Shown: positions 20,560 through 30,935, numbered from the stretch's first letter. The stretch is 64,000 nucleotides of DNA from Desulfosudaceae bacterium (GCA_963674745.2 CAXXDV010000003.1:2656853-2720852); one strand, 5' to 3'. Made by a program: numbers and translations. The notes: generated by a model not told the origin, from the letters alone.

Positions 20560-21681
20560 ATGAAACTTCATCTGGACTGGTTGCAGAAATCTTTTTTATT
20601 AAAAGAGTTTAACCCCGGAGATGCTCCGGATGAATTGTGGCAGGCCTTCTTCACCCTGTCGGAATCTGTTTTCCGTGAGTTTAACCCCGGCGCCCGCCTG
20701 CCGGACAGGGAGGTCACCAGAAGGCGGCTGCTGGCAGCCAGCCCCCTGTATACCATTGATAGAGGACTTGTTTTTGATGAAGATCGGGTACCGGTCGCTT
20801 TCTCCTATATCGCCTACGATACCGAGCTGTCACCGAGCTATGAGCATGACAGTCATATCTGTCAGATCCATATAAGGGTGACAGAAAATCTTCGGAGGAA
20901 AAGAGTCGCGGCAGCACTTTTGAATATACTGCTTGATGTTGCTGAAGGCCTGGATAAAGACATTATTCAAATCGAGGCCGACAATACCACCGGGAAAGCG
21001 TTCTGCCGGTCGCTGAAAGGCGAACTGGTTCACAAGGAGATCCAGCACCGGCTGTACATGGAGGAAGCAAACTGGCAGACCGCGGAAGAATGGCTGGCTT
21101 TCGGCCGGCAAAAATTCCCTGACACGGAATTTGTTTTTTTCAGGGACTGCCCGGACGATTACATTGAATCGTTCTGCCGGACCTACACGGAAATCATCAA
21201 CCAGCGCCCCACCGGCGAAATGGAGCAGACCATCGTGACCACCCCGGAATCACGCCGGATCGAAGAACAGGATATGAGAAAACGGGGTGTTGAGTGGCAT
21301 ACCCTGATCAGCCTGGAAAGCAGCGGCGAGGTCAGCGGCCTGACGGACATCATGTATAATCCCCGGGAACCGCATAAAATTATGCAATACTTTACCGGTG
21401 TCTCCACCAGGCACCGCCGCAAGGGACTGGCCAAACGCCTCAAGGCGGAGATGCTGGCCGTGATCAAAAAACAGTTCCCGGACGTTGAATACATCACCAC
21501 CACCATGGCCCCGGACAACCGCCCCATGCAGGCGATCAACGCCCAGTTGGGATTCAAATCCCGGAAAAGCAGTCACATGTACCAATGGTCCCTGCCGGAT
21601 CTCAGGCACCAGGTCAATAAACGGCTCCGGAAGCCAATGAGAAAACGGAAAACGGATGGTCGAAGGGATTGCCCTGTGTAA
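20560..21681 (+). CDS. Tandem-domain GNAT acetyltransferase
   Basis: RRKRVA and TGV..RHRRKGLAKRLK; N.PM.AIN.QLGF. Confidence 0.85.
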   Translation: MKLHLDWLQKSFLLKEFNPGDAPDELWQAFFTLSESVFREFNPGARLPDREVTRRRLLAASPLYTIDRGLVFDEDRVPVAFSYIAYDTELSPSYEHDSHICQIHIRVTENLRRKRVAAALLNILLDVAEGLDKDIIQIEADNTTGKAFCRSLKGELVHKEIQHRLYMEEANWQTAEEWLAFGRQKFPDTEFVFFRDCPDDYIESFCRTYTEIINQRPTGEMEQTIVTTPESRRIEEQDMRKRGVEWHTLISLESSGEVSGLTDIMYNPREPHKIMQYFTGVSTRHRRKGLAKRLKAEMLAVIKKQFPDVEYITTTMAPDNRPMQAINAQLGFKSRKSSHMYQWSLPDLRHQVNKRLRKPMRKRKTDGRRDCPV

Positions 21682-22657
21682 TATGGAACTGAAGATTTTT
21701 CAGGTCCATAATAACCGTGGTGACCGTGATCGAAGTATCATCCGTCAGCCAGGGATGGGAAAACCGCCGGCGGCAGATGGGATAGTCTTCGTTGGCATGG
21801 TCCAGGAGGATCGCCTTCATTGCCCCGGCAGACGGCTTTTCCATTTCGGCAAGCAGTTCGGCGGCGCGCTTGTAGCGCCCCATGGTGTTCGGAAACAGCT
21901 TGAGGTCATAATCGACCTTGGTCAGGTAGTGGTTGGTGTGAGCAAACCGGTCTCCGACCGGAATTGAAAAAAAATCTTCGCCAGCCAGTTCGATATTTTC
22001 GGCCTGCCCCTTCCCGTTGGCGATCAGAATATTGCCGACCTTTCCGGCTGAGCCCGAATAAACGACGGAACTGGCCGCGGACAGGCTGTCACTGTCAAGG
22101 ATGGCACGAAGCAGGACATGTAACGGGACCCCGTCCGGCTGATAGTTTTCAATGCTCATGAAGTTCAGGCAGACCCCCACCCCCTGGTTGTTCATCCCGA
22201 TCTTGGCGATCATGCCGGGTTCGGTCATGGTCATAATCCGGTGGCCTTTGCCGTTCTCGATTTCAAGGATAACCGCCAGTTCCTCCATTTCCATGTCCCA
22301 GTCCCAGTTCTGCCCGATCAGCCCGGCATTTTTAAAGGCCAGGGACGTGCATTCGGCGGGAATAATATTGAGGAGTTCCGTTCGCCCGTTTAAGGCATAA
22401 ATCCATAGCGGGTCAACCCCGGCCGCCCGGGACAAGGCCTCGATCTCGACATACAGTTCTTCACTAAAAGCGCGGGTCTTTTCACGGAAACGGCCGGCAA
22501 CGGACATGATCGCATCTTCCGGCAGAGAAAACTGTTTTTGATAAAAAGCAACGGTCCGGTGAATTCTATCTTTCAGGATGATTCCGTGCTGCCGACCGCG
22601 TTCTTCGGCCGAACCGCTTATTTTAATTACCGGAAGATTGTTGCCCATGTAATGCAT
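21614..22657 (-). CDS. Peptidase C45 / acyl-CoA:6-APA acyltransferase family (Ntn hydrolase)
   Basis: ERGRQHG, ECTS nucleophile, GQNWDW, GMNNQG, HTNHY. Confidence 0.88.
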   Translation of the reverse strand: MHYMGNNLPVIKISGSAEERGRQHGIILKDRIHRTVAFYQKQFSLPEDAIMSVAGRFREKTRAFSEELYVEIEALSRAAGVDPLWIYALNGRTELLNIIPAECTSLAFKNAGLIGQNWDWDMEMEELAVILEIENGKGHRIMTMTEPGMIAKIGMNNQGVGVCLNFMSIENYQPDGVPLHVLLRAILDSDSLSAASSVVYSGSAGKVGNILIANGKGQAENIELAGEDFFSIPVGDRFAHTNHYLTKVDYDLKLFPNTMGRYKRAAELLAEMEKPSAGAMKAILLDHANEDYPICRRRFSHPWLTDDTSITVTTVIMDLKNLQFHITQGNPFDHPFSVFSLASGAVY

Positions 22658-22978
22658 CCTTCATTCTGAATAGTTCTATATCTTATGATGTATGGATTTT
22701 GACCCAGAATCATTTATACCGAATAATACTAGATATCAACTTATTTTATTAACCAGCAAATAGGAGAACGTCTTTATTGAAAACAAACACTTTTTGCTTT
22801 ATAACTGATCCAACAAATAAAAATGGTTCTTCGGGCAGACGCTATAAACCGGGACTGATAAAATTTAGTATTCGATCAGAAACAGGTTCTGTGAAAAAGG
22901 TTTTTAAAAGTGCCTGTCAATAACTTCTTTTACACAATCGTTCGACAATATCAACACACCCAGGAATTCACGGAGCGT

Positions 22979-23466
22979 ATGATGAAAAAAAAATTTTGTT
23001 TGCCTATATGATTTTATACATATCTGTTTGCTTTTTATCCCCCGAGTCCTTGTATGCGGAAGAAGCGGCCAAACTATCGGATGGGCAGACGATTTATGTT
23101 CCAGCTTATTCCCATATTTATTCTGGAGATCGTGAAACCCCGGTACTGTTAACGGTAACTTTAAGTATCAGAAATATTGATCAACAACACTCAATACAGG
23201 TTAAAAAAGTCGATTACTATGAAACACAGGGCAAACTTGTGAAAACTTACATAGATTCGCCTGTTAATTTAAAACCTTTGGAATCGATCAGATATGTTAT
23301 CCCCCGAAAGGACAAAGTCGGCGGTTCCGGGGCTAATTTCATTGTTGAGTGGACATCTGCCCAACCCGTCAATTCCCCCATTGTCGAAACGGTAATGATT
23401 GCGACAGAATCTCAACAAGGAATCTCTTTTACCTCCCGTGGTCAGGTACTTATTAAAAAAGAATAA
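22979..23466 (+). CDS. DUF3124 family exported protein; natural start is out of frame at an A9 tract
   Basis: GQTIYVPAYSHIY, LSIRN, GGSGANFIVEW; RBS-linked ATG (22979/22982) is one base out of frame with the body. Confidence 0.75.
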
Positions 23467-23487
23467 AAAAACAAAGGAGGATGAAAT

Positions 23488-23640
23488 ATGGGATACAAGG
23501 ATGTATTAAGAAATTCCATACGGACGTTTGAGGATCTTGAAAAATGGCTTACCGGTCAGAAAGCCAGGGTCGATCCCAGGTTAAAAGACGTCATCGAAAA
23601 ATACCCCATGCGGGTAAACAGCTATTACCTCGGCCTGGTC
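23488..23640 (+). pseudogene. N-terminal fragment of a KamA-family radical SAM gene
   Basis: AGGAGG RBS; SIRTFEDL...VIEKYPMRVNSYYLGLV resembles the KamA N-terminus, then the resemblance stops. Confidence 0.6.
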
Positions 23641-23766
23641 GTCAGTCACGTTTTCCAGAATACTGACCCCGGTTGACGCCTCTTTCTCGAAAAACGATTC
23701 AACAACAGGCAGCAAGGGGTTAACGTTTTTAACAGGTACGTCCGGCTTTTGGGAATCCATGCTCAT
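23630..23766 (-). pseudogene. N-terminal fragment of a probable MgtE magnesium transporter gene
   Basis: GGAGG RBS right after the cdaA-cdaR stop; PLLPVVESFFEKE....SILE resembles MgtE N-termini from memory; truncated. Confidence 0.4.
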
Positions 23767-23782
23767 CCTCCCCGCTTGCGTA

Positions 23783-25216
23783 TTATTTTTTCTTGTCTAT
23801 TGTTTTGACATTGATGGATACTTCTACGTCCGGCACTCTTTTTTCTAAAAGCTGAAAAGACGGCGGTACAATGAGTTTACAATACAATTTCATATCCTGT
23901 TTCAGGTTCTCCAAATAAATCGGTGTTGTTTTAAAATGCTGGGCGGCCGTATTCTCATTGTTTACAGGTACCAGGGCAGCTATTCTGGGCGGGGTAACCT
24001 CAACTGAAACTATTTCCAGGCCTTCCGGCAAACTGCCGACAAGCTGCGGTTCAATAACGACCATCTCACGGACAATTGCCGCCAGGGTAAGGTCCAGAAC
24101 AGGGGGATCAACATCGATAAGCCGGATGTTTTTGGGCAGCTTCAGGTTTTCTTCCGTAATCATAAAAGACTGTCTACCGGCCACCGCTTCTGAAAGATCG
24201 ATTTTAACAGGCAGTTGCTCAGGCGTCAGTGTGTCCAGATCTGCCTTCGGGCCTGAGATATGCAGCCGGATCTCGTTGGGCCTGTCCCCCACAAGCATTA
24301 CGTTTTCAGATGTAACCGTGTATTGCACGGGAGTTGAAATGATTTTTTCCAGGCGTTCACTTTGTGAGAAAAACAGAACAGACCAGATCATCAAGGCCAC
24401 AAGCAGACTCGCGCCCACCTGAACAGATGATTGCATCTTATTCCCTTTGACATCCAGAGGGAAAACCGCATTTTCATGCCAATGCCCGATTATTGTGGCC
24501 TTAACATCCGCCGGTTCGGACACTTTTGTCATCCGCCCGTTTTGAAAGCAGCTCAAGCGGCCCCGCTCCTCTGAGACCACGATAATCAGGGCATCGGTTT
24601 TTTCCGCCAGCCCCATAGCCGCATGATGTCGTGTGCCGTATTCATTTCCCAGGCTTGCGGTTTGTGAAATCGGCAGTCGGACCCCGAACATGGCCAGACG
24701 TCCATTCCTGATGATCATGGCGCCATCATGCCCGGGGGAGTGGGGGTCAAACACGCTCATAATCAAGGGGTCGCTGAGCAGGCCGTCTAAAGGATAACCC
24801 CCTGAAAGGTATTCCTCGATTGGTTCACGCCCCGGGATAACAATGAGCGCACCGCGACGTTGAGCGACCAGTTCCTCTAGGCTTCTTGCGATAATTTCTG
24901 TTGTTTCTTCTGTCTGATCAATGTCTTTAGAACGTTGAAACAATGCCGCCCTTTCAAAAAATTTCCTCAGTTCGGGTTGAAAAAGCACAATTAATGCGAG
25001 CAAAGCCACATGGCTGACATTACGGTAGACCCACGTTATCCCTTTTAAATCGAGCAGGCTGGCGATAAAGAATATACCGACGGCCAGAAGTACCCCCGTG
25101 ATTATTTTCCATGTGCCCAGGCGCAATAAAGTCCGGTAAAGGAAGAATATTCCTCCGGCGAGCAGTAGAATATCCAGGATGGAATGCCAGTTGAGTAGTT
25201 GGTTCAGGATCAGCAT
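23783..25216 (-). CDS. dacA: Diadenylate cyclase (CdaA-type DAC) fused to YbbR/CdaR domains
   Basis: Three N-terminal TM helices, FQPELR, HDGA, GTRHHAA, VVSEERG, then a TM helix and YbbR-like repeats. Confidence 0.88.
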   Translation of the reverse strand: MLILNQLLNWHSILDILLLAGGIFFLYRTLLRLGTWKIITGVLLAVGIFFIASLLDLKGITWVYRNVSHVALLALIVLFQPELRKFFERAALFQRSKDIDQTEETTEIIARSLEELVAQRRGALIVIPGREPIEEYLSGGYPLDGLLSDPLIMSVFDPHSPGHDGAMIIRNGRLAMFGVRLPISQTASLGNEYGTRHHAAMGLAEKTDALIIVVSEERGRLSCFQNGRMTKVSEPADVKATIIGHWHENAVFPLDVKGNKMQSSVQVGASLLVALMIWSVLFFSQSERLEKIISTPVQYTVTSENVMLVGDRPNEIRLHISGPKADLDTLTPEQLPVKIDLSEAVAGRQSFMITEENLKLPKNIRLIDVDPPVLDLTLAAIVREMVVIEPQLVGSLPEGLEIVSVEVTPPRIAALVPVNNENTAAQHFKTTPIYLENLKQDMKLYCKLIVPPSFQLLEKRVPDVEVSINVKTIDKKK

Positions 25217-25439
25217 AATTTATTCTCGACTTATTTCCTTTTATTAACCGCCCGCCATCCGCCAAGAGGTGTTGCAACCGGCCGTAACATCTTGCTTATT
25301 CCACGGGCCTGCTCAATTACGTAAAATGCCTGATCATCATGGACACATCGCAGACCCTTGCCAGAAAAACCAGTGCACCGGTCAACAGTATGGAAGTATC
25401 AAACATCATAATTGGACACTAATGAAAGATATTCTTTAA

Positions 25440-27017
25440 TCATTCCGCGCCCAGATTTTTCTGATAAATCACCTTATCGTCTTTTGGGCCGTAGAAATCA
25501 GGTAACAGGGAAGCTGCCTCATACCCGCAACGTTCGTAAAACAGACGGGTTTTCTCATACTGGGGACGTCCGGATGTATCGGCATATATCCGTCGCCCTC
25601 CCGCTTCGGCAATCAGGCGTTCGGTTTCAGCCATCAGCCTTTGACCATATTTTTCATTCTGGAAATCCGGATGAACGGCAATCCAGTAAAGGTCATAACT
25701 GGATTGCGTGCATGGAATCGGGCCGAAACAGGTATAACCGAACAGGCGAGACCGGCTTTCACAGAACACGAAAAAATATCCGCTCAACGGTCCTTTGGCA
25801 AGGTTTTCTTCAATCAATTCAGTCGCCATGATCACTTCATCTTCATGGAAAAACCCGGTAGCAGAGAGGAGGTCATGAATACGGAAAACATCATCCGGCT
25901 CAGTATCATATCGGAACAAAGACGAATTCTCTTCAAAGGGGATATTGGGGGGCTGTTCTTTTAAAAAAGGACCGGGCTCTTCCGGCACAGACGGCTTTTC
26001 CACTCTGTTGAAGGCGGACTGAACAATATAGTCAACAGCACTGGTGTATGGTATGCCGGCTCTCTCCAGTGCCGCGGCAAACCCCGCGTCAGGAGAAATG
26101 CAGGGGTTGGCGTTGATTTCAAGGACCCAGGGAACACCGTTTTCGTCTACGCGAAAATCCACCCGCGCATACCCGTTGAGACAGAACAGATCCCAGCATT
26201 CCAGAGCCGTTTTCTCCAGTAACTTTATAAGCGGCAAATCCATATCCGGAAAATCAAAGCACCTGGACGTGTGGGCGTATTCAAAAGACTGCGGGTCCCA
26301 TTTTGCCTTGTACCCGACAATGCGGGGTTGATTTCCCCGAAAACCCTTAAAAACGATTTCCGCCGGCGGAAGCACCACCGGACCGCCGTCCATTTCCAGG
26401 AGCGACAGGTTAAACTCCCGGCCCTCGATATAGCATTCGGCAAAGCAATCGCCCGGGACTTCAGGCGCTCTTTTTTTCAGGCAATCAATAACATCACCCA
26501 CGGTGTCCGAATGGACGATGGCTCCGTAATCGAGTCCCACAGAAGCGTGCTCCCAGACCGATTTTACAATCCACGAAGGTGACGAAAGTTTCTCTGAAGG
26601 GTTCAGCCGGATATGTTTTGACAAGATCAGAGAATAAGGCCCAATCCATGGCGAAGTCGGAATTCCCCACTGGTTCATCCGCTCCTTGGCGGTTATCTTA
26701 TTGGAAGTCAGGTAGATTGCTTCCGACGAGGAGCCGGTATAAGGTATGCCTCTCGAATCCAGCAGAAACGGCACGGCATGAATCATCCGGCCCCGGCCGT
26801 CCAGCGATTCAACCAGGTTGAAAACCAGATCCGGCGAAAGCCGCAGCAAGTCCCGGCGCAGCGACGCCAGGTTCAGCCCGCATGCTATGGGAACCGTTTC
26901 ATGGCCGAGAGAAACCAGTGCCTCGGAAACAGAACCGGCCTGCTGAAGCGCATCCGCTTGATCCGGAGAACTCTCTTTGCCGACAATATCATGCAGGATT
27001 ACAATCCGCATTGTCAT
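25440..27017 (-). CDS. D-Ala-D-Ala-ligase-like ATP-grasp protein fused to a C-terminal GNAT domain
   Basis: VFNLVES, IPYTGS, YIEGREF, GYARVDFR, LEINANP; GNAT LYWIAVHP...RLFYERCGY. Confidence 0.88.
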   Translation of the reverse strand: MTMRIVILHDIVGKESSPDQADALQQAGSVSEALVSLGHETVPIACGLNLASLRRDLLRLSPDLVFNLVESLDGRGRMIHAVPFLLDSRGIPYTGSSSEAIYLTSNKITAKERMNQWGIPTSPWIGPYSLILSKHIRLNPSEKLSSPSWIVKSVWEHASVGLDYGAIVHSDTVGDVIDCLKKRAPEVPGDCFAECYIEGREFNLSLLEMDGGPVVLPPAEIVFKGFRGNQPRIVGYKAKWDPQSFEYAHTSRCFDFPDMDLPLIKLLEKTALECWDLFCLNGYARVDFRVDENGVPWVLEINANPCISPDAGFAAALERAGIPYTSAVDYIVQSAFNRVEKPSVPEEPGPFLKEQPPNIPFEENSSLFRYDTEPDDVFRIHDLLSATGFFHEDEVIMATELIEENLAKGPLSGYFFVFCESRSRLFGYTCFGPIPCTQSSYDLYWIAVHPDFQNEKYGQRLMAETERLIAEAGGRRIYADTSGRPQYEKTRLFYERCGYEAASLLPDFYGPKDDKVIYQKNLGAE

Positions 27018-27025
27018 GACACCTG

Positions 27026-28021
27026 TTATGACTTTCCCTGCTTGACGCGCGTTTCCGCCGATCGGACAATCCTCGCGACAAGCTCCTGGTAGGGTATGCC
27101 TGCCATATCGCAGATTATCGGCAGGTCTGAATACCCGGGACGCAGACCGGCCAGGGGGTTGACCTCCAGAAAACCCGGACGGCCCCGGTCATCGCAGCGC
27201 AAATCGACACGACCGGCGTCTCTGCAGCCAAGCGTACGCCATATACCCAGGGCCATCGATTCTGCTTCGCTGACAACCGGATCTTCTCCCGGACGGATGA
27301 AACGATATTCAACAAGGCCCTCCCAATGTTCTTTATTATGATATGAATAGGCCTTGTCTTCTGCCTGGGGCCGGATGAGGATTTCCATGGTACCTGCGGC
27401 TTCGGCGTCCGTTCCCGTCCCCAGGATACCCGTCGTGAACTCCCTTCCGGAGAAATACTGCTCAACCAGGACCGGCTGACGATAGACCGACAGCAATCGG
27501 CTGCAGATCCCGGACAATTCCGATTGTTCAGTAACAACCGAGGCCTCGGTTATGCCCTTACCTGTCCCTTCCGCCGCCGGTTTGACAAAATAAGGCGGAT
27601 CAAATGAGATCGAAAACAGGTCATCCGGCCTTTCAACGACCTGGAAGGCCGGAGTGTGGTATCCGCAGTTCGCTGCTACATGTTTTGTCATTCCCTTGTG
27701 CAGCGTCAGGCTCATTACCAGCGGGTCGGAAAAAGTATAGGGGATATCGTATACATCCAGAATCGCCGGCACCTGTGCTTCCCGGGCAATCCCGTGAAGG
27801 CCTTCGGCGATATTGAAAACAAGATCCCAGCGGTCGCCGGCGGAAACCCTTGCCATCAAATCCCTGGCCGAGCCGATCCGGTCCGTGGTGTGCCCCAGTG
27901 CCCCCAGGGCGTCCTCAATGGCCAGGATCGTGTCATCCCTGTCAAATTCGGCCGTCTCCTCCTCCCCATACCCCATTTTGAGATAATCCGAACGCAAATC
28001 ATAGGTCAGCCCGATGTTCAT
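27026..28021 (-). CDS. D-Ala-D-Ala-ligase-like ATP-grasp protein
   Basis: VFNIAEG, VKP.AEGTGKGI, GREFT, RVDLR, LEVNPLAG; ATGA overlap with the kamA-like stop. Confidence 0.88.
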   Translation of the reverse strand: MNIGLTYDLRSDYLKMGYGEEETAEFDRDDTILAIEDALGALGHTTDRIGSARDLMARVSAGDRWDLVFNIAEGLHGIAREAQVPAILDVYDIPYTFSDPLVMSLTLHKGMTKHVAANCGYHTPAFQVVERPDDLFSISFDPPYFVKPAAEGTGKGITEASVVTEQSELSGICSRLLSVYRQPVLVEQYFSGREFTTGILGTGTDAEAAGTMEILIRPQAEDKAYSYHNKEHWEGLVEYRFIRPGEDPVVSEAESMALGIWRTLGCRDAGRVDLRCDDRGRPGFLEVNPLAGLRPGYSDLPIICDMAGIPYQELVARIVRSAETRVKQGKS

Positions 28022-29394
28022 CCGATTCGTTCTCCAGCAAAAACTGGTACTTGTTGACATCCTTCCGCCACCGGCAATCCGTTCTCGACCACTTCCGCCA
28101 TATCCGGGTAGGAGAACAACCTGTTTTCATAGTTTTGCAGCACCAGCCCGGTATTATCGTGACTGACCACAGCGTTCGGCAAAAGTGGGATCTTGCCACC
28201 GCCGCCGGGCGCGTCAACAACATAGGTGGGTACGGCATAGCCGGAGGTGTGGCCGCGCAGGCCCCGAATAACCTCCAGGCCCTTTGATATTGAAGTCCGG
28301 AAATGCCCGGAACCGATCACCGGATCACACTGATACAAATAGTACGGTTTGACCCGCATCTTCATCAGTCGGTGCATAAGGGATTTAATGGTCATGACAT
28401 CATCATTGATCCCTTTTAACAGAACCGTCTGAGAGCCCAGCGGAATGCCCGCATCCGCCAATTGCTCACAGGCTTCATGCGTTTCCGGGGTGCATTCATC
28501 CGGATGGGTAAAATGGAGGCTCATCCATAAGGGATGATATTTCCTCAACATCCGGACAAGCTCCGGCGTAATCCGTTGCGGAAGGACCGCCGGCGTCTTT
28601 GTTCCGATACGGATGATTTCTACATGTGGGATCTCCCGGATTTGGCTCAGGATCCAGTCCAGTTTCTCGTCGCTCATGGTCAACGGATCGCCGCCTGACA
28701 ACAGCACGTCCCGAACCGAAGGCGTACAACGGATATAGTCAATCGCTTTTTCAAGACGCGCCCGAGAGGGATAATATTTTCCGTGGCCGACAATACGTGA
28801 TCTCGTACAGTACCGGCAGTATGTCGCACAGAAACCCGATACGAGAAAAAGGACGCGGTCGGGATAACGATGAACAAGCCCGGGCAACCGGGTATGTTCT
28901 TCTTCCCCAAGCGGGTCCTTCCCTTCCCCGGGAAGCTGGAAAAATTCATGAACAGTCGGTACGACTGTCCGTCTCAGGGGGTCACCCGGTTTGGACCCAT
29001 AGAGCAGGCTTAAATAATAAGGGGTAATTCCCAGCGGCAGCTTCGTCTTGGATTCCGCAAAAGTACCCATTTCATCAAGGGACAGATCAAGAAATCGGGC
29101 AAGCATTCGCGGAGAAGTTATCCTGTTCTGGACTTGCCACTGCCAACTGTGCCATTGACGGTCCTTTGTCCGGGGATAATACCTGCTTCTGAAAACCTCT
29201 GTTTTCCGGTTGACCGGAGGGCAGGTTCTGAAATAACATGAAGATTCAGGGGGTGCTGTGGATAGCGGGGTGGGAGAGAGAACAGGAGGAAGAGAAGACG
29301 GGTCGGGAGGCTCGTCATCCTTTCGGCTGGGAGGTTCGTCATCCTTTTCCATAATGTACGTCCGGCTTGTCTGACTATTTATTATCTGATACAT
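28018..29394 (-). CDS. KamA-family radical SAM aminomutase (lysine 2,3-aminomutase-like)
   Basis: LVHRYPDRVL, CATYCRYC, SGGDPL, QTVLLKGIND, PYYLYQCD, DAPGGGGKIP; start may be 29352. Confidence 0.92.
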   Translation of the reverse strand: MYQIINSQTSRTYIMEKDDEPPSRKDDEPPDPSSLPPVLSPTPLSTAPPESSCYFRTCPPVNRKTEVFRSRYYPRTKDRQWHSWQWQVQNRITSPRMLARFLDLSLDEMGTFAESKTKLPLGITPYYLSLLYGSKPGDPLRRTVVPTVHEFFQLPGEGKDPLGEEEHTRLPGLVHRYPDRVLFLVSGFCATYCRYCTRSRIVGHGKYYPSRARLEKAIDYIRCTPSVRDVLLSGGDPLTMSDEKLDWILSQIREIPHVEIIRIGTKTPAVLPQRITPELVRMLRKYHPLWMSLHFTHPDECTPETHEACEQLADAGIPLGSQTVLLKGINDDVMTIKSLMHRLMKMRVKPYYLYQCDPVIGSGHFRTSISKGLEVIRGLRGHTSGYAVPTYVVDAPGGGGKIPLLPNAVVSHDNTGLVLQNYENRLFSYPDMAEVVENGLPVAEGCQQVPVFAGERIG

Positions 29395-29903
29395 GTTGTC
29401 TCCTTACGTTAAAAAATTATTTGCCCATGCAACATTCTTACGACGTAATTATGGGTTATATTTTAAAAAAGTAAATGTTTTTTTACTTATCTTGAAAAAA
29501 TCTTTTCTCTTCTGATCGTGCCCTATTTATTTAAAATAACAGGGTGTTGAGGATTTACTAAATTCGGCCTTTTACTAACCATCCTCCTTGTAGAAGCCTG
29601 CTGAATAATCTTTTTAAGCTCGGTTAAGTCATAAAGAATCGGTTCCAGCTGTTTTAAGAAAGGCCGTCATGTCGAAGGCGTTATTCTCATGGTATTGAGG
29701 GAATTATTTTTTTAAACTCATTATCATCAAATGACGGAGAGCTATCACATGGCATCAGTTTTTCTGTTCATGATTGTTATTCTCCTGTCTTTGGTTTTAC
29801 GAAAAATGGTTCGGGGTAGATAGTGGTTGAATTTTTTATAATCAGCGTATATTTGTTAAATATTGATAGCCCTTAACAGAGAAGTAACTATTTTTTTTGG
29901 AAC

Positions 29904-30145
29904 CGCCATGCATATTACAGCATGGCTGGAAAAACTGGCCGCCCACACGCCGGTTGACCGGTATCGTCATAACGCGAGCGAAGATAATGCCGACGCGCAC
30001 ATGAAGCGGCAGATCATGGGGCGGGAAGTAGTGGTGGCGGTCACAGACGGCAGGCTTGATTTCGGCACCTGGGGAACAGATATTCTACGGAGAATTTGAC
30101 GGCCGGCGGCCCAAAAGAGTGTTGATAAAAATTATCGGGGAATAA
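29904..30145 (+). pseudogene. Degenerate partial second copy of yjbQ
   Basis: Near-identical to the 3' part of 17882-18298, with an internal deletion and a +1 G frameshift (ACCTGGGGAACAG); abuts nadE. Confidence 0.85.
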
Positions 30146-30146
30146 C

Positions 30147-30926
30147 ATGAAAACTGATCAGGTTATTAATTACATTGTTGGCTGGTTGAAGGATTACTGC
30201 GAAAACGCCGGTTCCCGGGGATATGTTGTCGGCATATCCGGCGGCATTGATTCGGCCGTAACATCCACCCTGTGCGCGAAAACCGGTAAAAGCGTCATCG
30301 TATTGAACCTGCCCATCCTCCAGGATCCGGGTCAACTCACACTGGCACAGGACCATATTAGTTGGCTGACCAAAAACTTTACCAATGTTACTGCGGATCG
30401 TATCGACCTGACCGGGGCTTTCCAGGTTTTTGTCCAGGCGCTGCCTGAAGAATCAAGGGAAGATCTGGCCCTGGCCAATTCCCGCTCCAGGCTGAGAATG
30501 GCAGCCCTTTACGCCATGGCCACCCATCATAAGCTGCTGGTGGCCGGCACCGGTAACAAGGTTGAAGATTTCGGGGTGGGTTTTTTTACCAAATACGGGG
30601 ACGGCGGCGTGGATGTCTCTCCGGTCGCCGATCTTTTAAAAACAGAAGTATATGATATCGCCGGCCACCTGGGTATAATTCAGGAGATCATGGACGCGCC
30701 ACCAACTGACGGGCTGTGGGCGGACAGCCGAACCGATGAAAGCCAGATCGGCGCTTCCTACCCGGAGCTGGAATGGGCCATGTCCGTTGACGACGCCGAC
30801 CTGGATGAAAGTTCTTTGACACCGCGCCAGCTGGAAGTTCTCAAGATTTACCGCCGGTTCAACAGCGCCAATCGTCACAAAATGGATCCCATCCCGGTCT
30901 GCGAAATACCGGATGAATTGCGTTAA
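30147..30926 (+). CDS. nadE: NH3-dependent NAD+ synthetase
   Basis: GISGGIDS, RSRLRM, GTGNKVE, FFTKYGDGG, PTDGLW, TDESQIG. Confidence 0.95.
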   Translation: MKTDQVINYIVGWLKDYCENAGSRGYVVGISGGIDSAVTSTLCAKTGKSVIVLNLPILQDPGQLTLAQDHISWLTKNFTNVTADRIDLTGAFQVFVQALPEESREDLALANSRSRLRMAALYAMATHHKLLVAGTGNKVEDFGVGFFTKYGDGGVDVSPVADLLKTEVYDIAGHLGIIQEIMDAPPTDGLWADSRTDESQIGASYPELEWAMSVDDADLDESSLTPRQLEVLKIYRRFNSANRHKMDPIPVCEIPDELR

Positions 30927-30935
30927 GGACACATC

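Noticed and set aside
22885..22940. Degenerate MITE (GTTCTGTGAAAAAG...CTTTTACACAATC)
   Set aside because: The inverted repeat is imperfect and single-copy in this window.
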